NCBI RefSeq assembly: GCF_964355755.1
Contig: NC_092671.1
Location: forward strand, 17,546,001-17,610,000
DNA: 64,000 nucleotides
From: Antedon mediterranea
Taxonomy: Eukaryota > Animalia > Echinodermata
Reading direction: 5' to 3'
A model generated the notes under the pieces. That model was not told where the DNA came from. It did not search any database and saw nothing but the letters and a program-made list of their open reading frames with translations. This document shows positions 1-28,353 of this stretch, one piece after another. The translations under genes were made by a program, and so were the position numbers. Every line of letters starts with the position of its first letter. Within the stretch, counting starts at the first letter, position 1.

Positions 1-56
1 CAGCAACAGGCTGAAATATATAATATGTACAAACAATAACATTGACACAAACTTTA

Positions 57-202
57 AGCTCTGTCTACACTATAAAACTTTATCAATATCATATGTGACA
101 AAAAATGTGATGTGCCCATATATGGACATGATGCTTTTGTATTACTACCATATTTGGGCATATCACTTTTTTTCAAACTAGTTTAATAGTGTAGACAGAG
201 TT
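57..202. mobile_element. MITE family A (PIF/Harbinger-like), TIR agctctgtctacactat(c)aaac; other copies ~18090-18226 (partial), 36964-37125, 47831-47930 (partial), 48558-48721, 53234-53363, 58242-58548, 60056-60293 (partial), 61160-61284
   Basis: The same ~22-bp terminal inverted repeats and internal atatcactaccatatttgggc motif recur about 9 times; flanks are TAA/TTA (taa...taa at 36961/37126), the target type of PIF/Harbinger elements. Confidence 0.8.
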
Positions 203-349
203 TTACATTATATTCACAAATGAAGATTGCAATATGTTTAGAATTAATGTTCTTTGCCTCTTGTGTTAATATATATATATATATATATATATATAAACAC
301 AACAGGCATAGAAATAAATTCCAAACCACCCGGTGATACACTGAAAATT

Positions 350-490
350 ATTTAATTAATTTTTGAAACGATAAAGATGAGGAAATCTGGGAGAATGAGA
401 AAAAGTCGCCCCAACCGAGACTCGAACTCGGACCGCCTGCTTGATATGCAGTTGCCCTAACCATAGACCACTGGGGCTTTCATGGTATTG
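350..490 (-). repeat. Repeat containing a tRNA-like module (408-477), between (TA)n tracts; second copy on + at ~9796-9935
   Basis: Minus strand reads gccccagtggtctatggttagggcaactgcatatcaagcaggcggtccgagttcgagtctcggttggggc, with A/B boxes and acceptor and T stems; homology with the 9.8-kb copy extends beyond the tRNA-like part on both sides. Confidence 0.7.
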
Positions 491-581
491 TTCTTTAACT
501 CGATCGGATAACGACCCTTTAACATTCTCGGCGTGGTACGGTCGGAACACAACTAGTCCTCTGTTCGTTATATATAATTAT

Positions 582-617
<36 letters not shown>

Positions 618-873
618 ATAATTATATATAACGAAAATGGTGTATGTACTGTATATTGGGAACGTGTGATACACATACAAGTTTGGTAAAACCATCTAAA
701 AGCCCACAGATTCTCTGTGCCATTCACATTTCATGTCAATACATACTTTAAGCAAGGCAATCTAACAACAGGACACTGAGCTTGCCTTGCCAAGACAGGA
801 ACAGTCCTTTGATCTTATGTCTGGCTGCTACAAATAGCAACATTACTGCTATAAGTACAGATACTGCTAATGT

Positions 874-2220
874 TTATGAAGACTCAAGTACAAAATATTG
901 TGGATTTTCAGCATCATTGTTATAAGCATTTGTACACCTCTTGCTTGGTATCACTGTGTCATCAATGACATGGTCAGCTATGTCATCTATAGTATAGTAC
1001 ACATCATCATCATCATCTGCCCTGCTCTGTAAGTTATCAGATGTATCCCTCTCTCTTACATCTGTATTTGCCTGTGGAACATTAATTGAATTGTCATACA
1101 CACTTGCATACTCCCTATTTCTTTCATAACGGACAGCATTTAATGGTTTGTTGTGATGTTTCCTTTTGAGGAGGTACAATAGTAGCAATATCACTGTAAA
1201 CCCCAATATGGTAGTTAATGTTGCCAATGGTAGGGCGGTTGTATTGATTCCTTGATTCTTGTTTTGAGATGCAGATTTCCGGGGAGTTGTCTTAGGTGGC
1301 TTGTGTGTAGTTTTTTCGGAGATTTCCTTTTTCCTATGATGACTCTGTGTCCATGTGCAAGGTAATTCATAGACAATAAATTCCACCTCATCTGAGATGT
1401 TCTTAGCATCAGTAATCACTATACACTTTACAGTGTGATGACCTGCTGGTAAATTATTAAAACATCTTTCATCTTTTACCTGGTTCTTGTTGACAAGTGT
1501 CTCTCCATTTAAGGTCCAACTGTGAATTTTCTTATCACCAGAACCACCTTCTACATGGCACTTGAAGCAATTCAATTTTTTTTCTTGTGTTCGATTTTGC
1601 AACCTTTTGATTTTTACGAATAATTGAGGATAAACCTTTAATATTTCTGTGTTGCATCGGCGATATTTTTTTAAATGCTCGAAAACACAGTAAAAGAATA
1701 TGCCATCTCCAGGTAGAAAACCAGTTAAAGTCTGAGCAAAAGTACTTGTTACATTGTGTGACTGTATTATGCTATATCTTCCTTGGATCCATCCAGTTGT
1801 GATTATCGTGTTGTTTCTGTTAATCTTGCATGTGATTTGTACTTCTTCTCTCTCTATAATGTTTTCAAAATGTTCACATGTAACAATCCAAAACGAATGT
1901 GGGTCTTTTTGAACAACATCAGCAGAAGGAACCAGATAATGTTTATTATCATCATCTTGACATGTGTGTAGTCCTACCTTTTGTTGTACATTATAATAAT
2001 ATATACCTAGATTACAGTTGACTGTATTGTTGTTATCAGGATATTTCCCATCAATTTGTCCTACAAACTGTTTACTTAATGGTAGTATTGCTGGATCATA
2101 GCTATATGATGTATTAGGCTTAAAAAACCATCCTATTGTAATATTTGTATGTTGAGCATCATTGACATCCAAAAGAAAAACTATTGCTACAGTGATGAGA
2201 AAAAGAGATAACCTTGTCAT
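874..2220 (-). CDS. Intronless Ig-like type I membrane receptor, paralog 1 (448 aa), nested antisense in NBEAL intron
   Basis: Signal peptide MTRLSLFLITVAIVFLLDVNDA; Ig-like C/W/C patterns (VQITC..TGWIQG..DGIFFYC; FKCHVEG..SWTLNG..HTVKC); T/K/P-rich stalk; TM LATLTTILGFTVILLLLYLL followed by KRK; tail with YASV, YYTI and NPQYFVL. Confidence 0.85.
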   Translation of the reverse strand: MTRLSLFLITVAIVFLLDVNDAQHTNITIGWFFKPNTSYSYDPAILPLSKQFVGQIDGKYPDNNNTVNCNLGIYYYNVQQKVGLHTCQDDDNKHYLVPSADVVQKDPHSFWIVTCEHFENIIEREEVQITCKINRNNTIITTGWIQGRYSIIQSHNVTSTFAQTLTGFLPGDGIFFYCVFEHLKKYRRCNTEILKVYPQLFVKIKRLQNRTQEKKLNCFKCHVEGGSGDKKIHSWTLNGETLVNKNQVKDERCFNNLPAGHHTVKCIVITDAKNISDEVEFIVYELPCTWTQSHHRKKEISEKTTHKPPKTTPRKSASQNKNQGINTTALPLATLTTILGFTVILLLLYLLKRKHHNKPLNAVRYERNREYASVYDNSINVPQANTDVRERDTSDNLQSRADDDDDVYYTIDDIADHVIDDTVIPSKRCTNAYNNDAENPQYFVLESS

Positions 2221-3233
2221 GTTGTATCAAATGTTCATTAATTTGATATGAAAAATCTCCAAATGTTATTGTACAAAATAAAACCTCTTGCACTCTGTAT
2301 ATCTCTTTTCTACAGGAATATTCAATCTTTAAAGAAACTTGATAATAGTTCTAGTTATAGTTCTGGTTTTGAAACTGAAAATTACAAACTGTCACGACTA
2401 TATATATACCCAATATTCTGGGACAAAGGTTGTTATTGCATAGCATGACCAATAGCCTATAAACATTGACATAATCAAAATGTAAAACTATACAATTTTA
2501 TAAAAGTATTCAAACAAAACATAATCTTATAATGCAATATACCATTTTATCATATATATTTATATTATATCGAATCTCTTTTTAATACTAAATATCAATC
2601 TTTATATCGTTTTAGCTCTGTAATATAAATTTTCTCTGTATACATGTTTGTTTTATCTAGATTTCAACACAATATTGTAATATCACTTAAATATTCATTG
2701 AAAATAGATAGATAGACATATATACTGTAACCATTCACCATATTGTTTATCATTGCAATAAAAGTGGGTTGCCCCCACAAAAGAGAAAAAAAACCATTGA
2801 CATATATTCAATAATGAAACTGTATAAAAATAAATATTATATTTTATATAGAAAATGTTGTTATAAGTTGTGCCCTTTACTACTACTGCTGTGTAAATGG
2901 TGAAGATGAGAAAATCATTGAGAGTGGATCAAATGTCCTCTTCTGCTTGATATTTAAACACCCTACCAATAGATCACATGGTTAACTCTGTTCAATCACA
3001 ACATTGTAGAACAGCATTATAGTTCTCTTGATTATATACTTTAAAAAGTGATATATATTTTGAAATTGGGATATATATGTAAAACCCCATATGAACAATG
3101 TTGTACATAGCTGATGATCATACACTGCCACAGCCAGATCACTTTTGTTTTCTTATTTTACATTAATTCAAGTATACATGGATATTCACCATCATTTCCC
3201 TTTTGTTTGGTAAACAGTTTTACATTTGTTAAA

Positions 3234-4361
3234 TTACAGCACAGTGTCAGAATAATAATAATTCTCTGCTTTGTCATCTAATTGATGGTAAACCACCTCA
3301 TCACTGGTCTGTGTATTTTCATATATTCCTTGTTCTCTCCCTTCTTCACTGGATTGTTCAACATCTGGGTTTCTTTGACAATGCACAGCAGCTAATGGAT
3401 TGTTCTTGTCATGTTTTCTCTTTAGTAGATAGAGTAGTAAAAGTACCATAACCCCAAATATGCCAGTAGTTGATGTTGCCAATAGTATGGTTGTTATGTC
3501 AGAGCTTTGAGATGGTAAATCATTAACAATATATTCCACCTCATCTGAGATATTCATAGAGTCAGTACTCACTATACACTTGATAGTGTGATGACCTCCT
3601 GGTAAATTGTTAAAACATCTTTCATTTTTTACCTGGTTCTTGTCAACAAATCCTTCTCTATTTAAGGTCCAACTGTAAATTTTCTTATCATTAGAACCAC
3701 CTTCTACATGGCACTTGAAGCAATTTGAATTATCAAGGTCATGTGTTTCATTTAGCAACTTTTTGATTTTTACAATCAATCGAGGGTGGACCTTTAATAT
3801 TACTCTGTAGCACTGATAGGCTTTTCCATTGATTAACATTTCTGAAACACAGTAAAAGAATATACCATCTCCATGTAGGAAACCAGTCAAAAGATGACTT
3901 ATTTCAATACTATGTACACTATGTGATTGTATTGTATTGTACCTTCCTTGAATCCATCCTGTTGTAATTTCTGTAATGTTTCTCTTAGAGTTAATTTTAT
4001 ATGTGATGTTAACTTCTTCTCCTTCTATAATGTATGGAGAATGTTCACATGTAACATTCCAAGATGATTCAGGTGATAATCCAACAACTTTCGTTGAAGA
4101 AACCACATAATGTTTATTCTCCTTATCTTGACATGTGTATATTCCTGTATCTTCTTGTCCATTAAAAGATATAAAAAGCAGACAATTATCGTTAGTAGGA
4201 GGTTTACCAAACTGTTTTGTTGGTTGTATTGCTACACCATGGGTGTATGATGTATCAGATGTATAATTGAGCCAGCCAACAGTACCTTCTGCACTAGCAT
4301 TACTCACATCCAACAGGCAAACCACTGTTACAGCGATGAGATATAGAGTTGACTTGCTCAT
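3234..4361 (-). CDS. Intronless Ig-like type I membrane receptor, paralog 2 (375 aa)
   Basis: Collinear with paralog 1; V-set-type motif LFISFNGQEDTGIYTC; almost no stalk; TM followed by KRK; tail with GIYENT and ITIM-consensus VVYHQL. Confidence 0.85.
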   Translation of the reverse strand: MSKSTLYLIAVTVVCLLDVSNASAEGTVGWLNYTSDTSYTHGVAIQPTKQFGKPPTNDNCLLFISFNGQEDTGIYTCQDKENKHYVVSSTKVVGLSPESSWNVTCEHSPYIIEGEEVNITYKINSKRNITEITTGWIQGRYNTIQSHSVHSIEISHLLTGFLHGDGIFFYCVSEMLINGKAYQCYRVILKVHPRLIVKIKKLLNETHDLDNSNCFKCHVEGGSNDKKIYSWTLNREGFVDKNQVKNERCFNNLPGGHHTIKCIVSTDSMNISDEVEYIVNDLPSQSSDITTILLATSTTGIFGVMVLLLLYLLKRKHDKNNPLAAVHCQRNPDVEQSSEEGREQGIYENTQTSDEVVYHQLDDKAENYYYSDTVL

Positions 4362-4656
4362 ATTGTATTCTCAAGTTATCACGTAAAAGTTTAAGATGTT
4401 TCAACCTAATATTAATATACTTTATGATCTTTTTGTTTTTTTATCTGAATTGCACAACAACAATCATGGTAATATCACAACAACTAAAATCATTTAAATC
4501 AATCAGTAGCATGCTTTCGATTGAGAAACTAAAACCTCAACTAATTTTTTTTTGTATCTTGTCAGTTTATTTCGGTTATGATTATTTCCTCCTGTCTAAT
4601 ATTGTATGTTTAGTGTAAAGTTATTTTATTAAATTATAATTATTATATTTTTTTAT

Positions 4657-4785
4657 TTTGTTGAAGGTGCCATAGATCTTTTAGACAACCTTGGTATTTT
4701 ATTTGGGAAAGAAACTTAATATACAACGATATCACAGGCCAGTCTGAGATTTCTAATTACTTTTATGATTAAAGATAATATGGAT
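4657..4785 (+). pseudogene. Decayed duplicate of NBEAL exon 9315-9449 (pseudo-exon)
   Basis: gaaggtgccatagatcttttagacaaccttggtatt...gatatcacaggccagtctgaga...gataatatggat|gtaa aligns with the functional exon; acceptor AG lost, with indels. Confidence 0.9.
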
Positions 4786-5044
4786 GTAATATATTTATAA
4801 AGAAAAACTACCATTATTATCCAATATCCATATACAGAGGTTAATTGCATGGATATGGGCAATAGTCTACTTGCATCGAAATACAGCATACATTTATTCA
4901 ATAATGAAACAGTATCAAAATTAAACCAAAAAATGTTTTATTTAGGGTCAAATCTGTTTGTAATTCTCCTTAATTTTAAGCTTGACAGTTCCTATACTTG
5001 GCTGATGATTAGCAGCACATTAACAAAGTACAGTCAGTGTTTGC

Positions 5045-8000
5045 TTATTGTGATTCAAGTACAAAATAATGTGGATTTTGGGCATCATTTCCATCATCAT
5101 CATCTTTGTTGTACAAGTTTGTACATCTCTTGTTTGCCATCACAGTGAATGACACAACATAGTCATTTTCTGCTTCCTCATCTATTGTATAGTAGACATC
5201 ATCAGTGGTGTGTTCATTCTCAGAAGTTTCTTGCACTCTCATTCCAGCACTTGTTTGTGTAACATCTCTGTTTCTTTGATAGTACACAGCAGGTAGTGGT
5301 TTGGTGTGATGTTTTTTTTTTAATAGATAAAGTAGCACTATTATTATAAACCCAAATATGGTAGTTGACATTGCTAATAGTATGGTTGTTATGCCAACAT
5401 CTTTAAACATTCCTTGATTGTTGTTTTCAGATTCAGGTCTGTGTGTCATGTGTGTAGTTTTCTCAGATGCTTTCTTTGTTCCTGTTATTGCAATACTTGT
5501 GTTATCCATTTGGGTCATAGTGGTCTTTTTGGTCTGTGTGTCTGTTGACAGGACATCATTGACTGTTAAAAGTTGATGGCTTGTTGGTTGTGTGCAAGGT
5601 AATTCATAGACAATAAATTCCATCTCAGTTTTCTTAGGTGCTTTCTTTGTCCCTTTTATTGCAATGCCTGTGTTATCCAGTTGAGGCATAGTGGTCTTTT
5701 TGGTCTGTGTGTCCATTGACAAGAAATCATTGACTGTTAAAACCTGATGGCTTGATGGTTGTGTGCAAGGTAATTCATTGACAATACATTCCACCTCATC
5801 TGAGATATTTATACCATCAGTACTCACTATACATTTAACAGTGTGATGACCTGCTGGTAAATTATTAAAACATCTTTCATCTTTTACGTGGTTCTTGTCT
5901 GTAAATCTCTCTCCATTTAAGGTCCAATTGTACACTTTCTTATCACCAGAACCACCTTCTACATGGCACTTGAAGCAGTTTGAATTCTCATAGTCTCCAT
6001 TTAAGGTCCAATTGTACACTTTCTTATCACCAGAACCACCTTCTACATGGCACTTGAAGCAGTTTGAATTCTCATAGTCTCCATTTAAGGTCCAATTGTA
6101 CACTTTCTTATCACCAGAACAACCTTCTACATGGCACTTGAAGCAGTTTGAATTCTCATAGTCTCCATTTAAGGTCTAATTGTACACTTTCTTATCACCA
6201 GAACAACCTTCTACATGGCACTTGAAGCAGTTTGAATTCTCATAGTCTCCATTTAAGGTCCAATTGTACACTTTCTTATCACCAGAACAACCTTCTACAT
6301 GGCACTTGAAGCAGTTTGAATTCTCATAGTCTCCATTTAAGGTCCAATTGTACACTTTCTTATCACCAGAACCACCTTCTACATGGCACTTGAAGCAGTT
6401 TGAATTCTCATAGTCTCCATTTAAGGTCCAATTGTACACTTTCTTATCACCAGAACAACCTTCTACATGGCACTTGAAGCAGTTTGAATTCTCATAGTCT
6501 CCATTTAAGGTCCAATTGTACACTTTCTTATCACCAGAACAACCTTCTACATGGCACTTGAAGCAGTTTGAATTCTCATAGTCTCCATTTAAGGTCCAAT
6601 TGTACACTTTCTTATCACCAGAACCACCTTCTACATGGCACTTGAAGCAGTTTGAATTCTCATAGTCTCCATTTAAGGTCCAATTGTACACTTTCTTATC
6701 ACCAGAACCACCTTCTACATGGCACTTGAAGCAGTTTGAATTCTCATAGTCTCCATTTAAGGTCCAATTGTACACTTTCTTATCACCAGAACAACCTTCT
6801 ACATGGCACTTGAAGCAGTTTGAATTCTCATAGTCTCCATTTAAGGTCTAATTGTACACTTTCTTATCACCAGAACAACCTTCTACATGGCACTTGAAGC
6901 AGTTTGAATTCTCATAGTCTCCATTTAAGGTCCAATTGTACACTTTCTTATCACCAGAACCACCTTCTACATGGCACTTGAAGCAGTTTGAATTCTCATA
7001 GTCTCCATTTAAGGTCCAATTGTACACTTTCTTATCACCAGAACCACCTTCTACATGGCACTTGAAGCAGTTTGAATTCTCATAGTCTCCATTTAAGGTC
7101 CAATTGTACACTTTCTTATCACCAGAACAACCTTCTACATGGCACTTGAAGCAGTTTGAATTCTCATAGTCTCCATTTAAGGTCCAATTGTACACTTTCT
7201 TATCACCAGAACCACCTTCTACATGGCACTTGAAGCAGTTTGAATTCTCATAGTCTCCATTTAAGGTCCAATTGTACACTTTCTTATCACCAGAACAACC
7301 TTCTACATGGCACTTGAAGCAGTTTGAATTCTCATAGTCTCCATTTAAGGTCCAATTGTACACTTTCTTATCACCAGAACCACCTTCTACATGGCATTTG
7401 AAGCAGTTTGAATTCTCATAGTCTCCATTTAAGGTCCAATTGTACACTTTCTTATCACCAGAACAACCTTCTACATGGCACTTGAAGCAGTTTGAATTCT
7501 CATAGTCTCCATTTAAGGTCCAATTGTACACTTTCTTATCACCAGAACAACCTTCTACATGGCACTTGAAGCAGTTTGAATTCTCATAGTCTCCATTTAA
7601 GGTCCAATTGTACACTTTCTTATCACCAGAACCACCTTCTACATGGCACTTGAAGCAGTTTGAATTCTCATAGTCTTCATTTTTCAATCTTATGATTTTC
7701 ACAATTAATCGAGGGTGAACTATTAATTAGTACTGTGTGGCATCGAAAGTCTGTGTTATTAAATAAAATGTTTAAAACACAGTAAAAGAATATACCATCT
7801 CCAGGTGTAAAACCAGTCAAAGTATGATTAAAACGTATTACAGTACCTGTGCTATGTACACCATGTGACTCTATAATGTTATATCTTCCTTGGATCCATC
7901 CAGTTGTGATTTGTGTGTTTGTCAAACTTGTAGAATTCAATTTGCATTTTATGTTAACATCTTCTCCCTCTATGATTTGTGCAAAAGGTTTACAGTTAAC

Positions 8001-8324
8001 TTTCCAAAAAGATTTAGGTGTCGTCTGAGCAACTTCAGCCGAAGACAACAAATAATGCTTATTTCTATTATTACATGCATATATTCCCTTATTCTGTAGT
8101 ACATTAAAAGATATCAACAGTTTACATTCAACTGGATTAAATCTAGTAGGATGATTTCCAGACTTTTCATTTGGTGATACTATTGCTACAGAATGCAAAT
8201 ATGATGTATCTGTATTATACCACCAGCCAACAGTACCTTCTATAATTGCATTACTAACATTGAACATATAAGTCACTGCTATAAAGATGAGAACAAGAGA
8301 TAATTTTGTCATCTTGTACATCAA
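5045..8324 (-). pseudogene. Ig-like receptor paralog 3, disrupted: +1 frameshift near 7725, 21 x 84-bp array with two TAG stops; the N-terminal 215-aa ORF (7677-8324) could encode a secreted form
   Basis: ORFs 7677-8324, 6848-7702, 6176-6775 and 5045-6103 tile the paralog architecture (signal peptide, Ig domains, duplicated stalk, TM, NPHYFVL tail). Confidence 0.85.
5911..7674. repeat. 84-bp tandem array, 21 near-identical units, coding frame NGDYENSNCFKCHVEG(G/C)SGDKKVYNWTL on - strand
   Basis: ctccatttaa recurs every 84 bp from 5911 to 7591; only three variable sites seen. Confidence 0.97.
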
Positions 8325-8939
8325 CTACTAAGATCTTTGATGTTAATATAGTAAATCATAAACTGTAATTGTATTTTATATAATTGAATCCTACAATAAA
8401 AAATAAATATGACAATTTCACAACAAGGAAGCATAACTTAATATATTGTATTTGTTTTATTTTCGGTTTATAAACAATAACTACAGTAAACTAGATTTTG
8501 TTTTCATTAATTCTATCTTATTTCCTTTCATTTTCTATTCAAAATGTTATGGTATTAACTGTTTGCTAACATTTTGCTCCAAATATATCTGTGTAGTTAG
8601 TTTATTTTAGTTGATTTTGGGTAAATGACATGAACTTGTCTATAAAAAAAAACTACCATTTTTGTTATAAAAAAATGTAAATTAATAAATAGATAGATAT
8701 ATTTTAAGGTGTTTTAATGTTAAGGTGCCATTTTTTTCGACATCCTTGGTATGCTATAAATAATTGCATCCTACAAAAAAATAAATGTGAAAGAAAGTCA
8801 TAACCTGAGATAAATGTTTTCAGTTTATAAACAAACAACTAAACTAGATTTTGTTTTTCATTATTTCTATCTTATTTCCTTCAATTTTCTATTAGACATT
8901 ATATAATATTATTCATTGTTTGCTAAAATGTTGCTCCTA

Positions 8940-9201
8940 ACAAATGTATGCTATATTATGTGGGGTCAGTTTATTTACAAATGTATGCTATATTATGTGG
9001 GGTCAGTTTATTTACAAATGTATGCTATATTATGTGGGGTCGGTCAGTTTATTTACAAATGTATGCTGTATTATGTGGGGTCAGTTTATTTACAAATGTA
9101 TGCTATATTATGTGGGGTCAGTTTATTTACAAATGTATGCTATATTATGTGGGGTCAGTTTATTTACAAATGTTGCTGTATTATGTGGGGTCAGTTTATT
9201 T
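8940..9201. repeat. 37-bp minisatellite (acaaatgtatgctatattatgtggggtcagtttattt), ~7 copies
   Basis: Tandem periodicity read directly from the sequence. Confidence 0.95.
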
Positions 9202-9314
9202 TTGTTTGATTTTTTGTAAATTACATAATATGAATTCTTGCAACAACAACAAAAAACTACTACTTTACCATTCTTGTTTTTAAAAAAACATAAAAATTAA
9301 ATATTTTTCTTTAG

Positions 9315-28353
<19,039 letters not shown>

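Noticed and set aside
408-477. Functional tRNA gene (also 9808-9878)
   Set aside because: Purine at loop position 32, ATC anticodon, 4-bp anticodon stem and shared flanks indicate a repeat-borne tRNA-like module
4657-4785. Mutually exclusive alternative NBEAL exon
   Set aside because: Acceptor AG lost and indels break the frame
5911-7674. CRISPR-like array
   Set aside because: Units are contiguous with no unique spacers, derive from the receptor coding sequence, and the context is eukaryotic
8916-9283. Three overlapping repetitive ORFs
   Set aside because: Products of the stop-free 37-bp minisatellite
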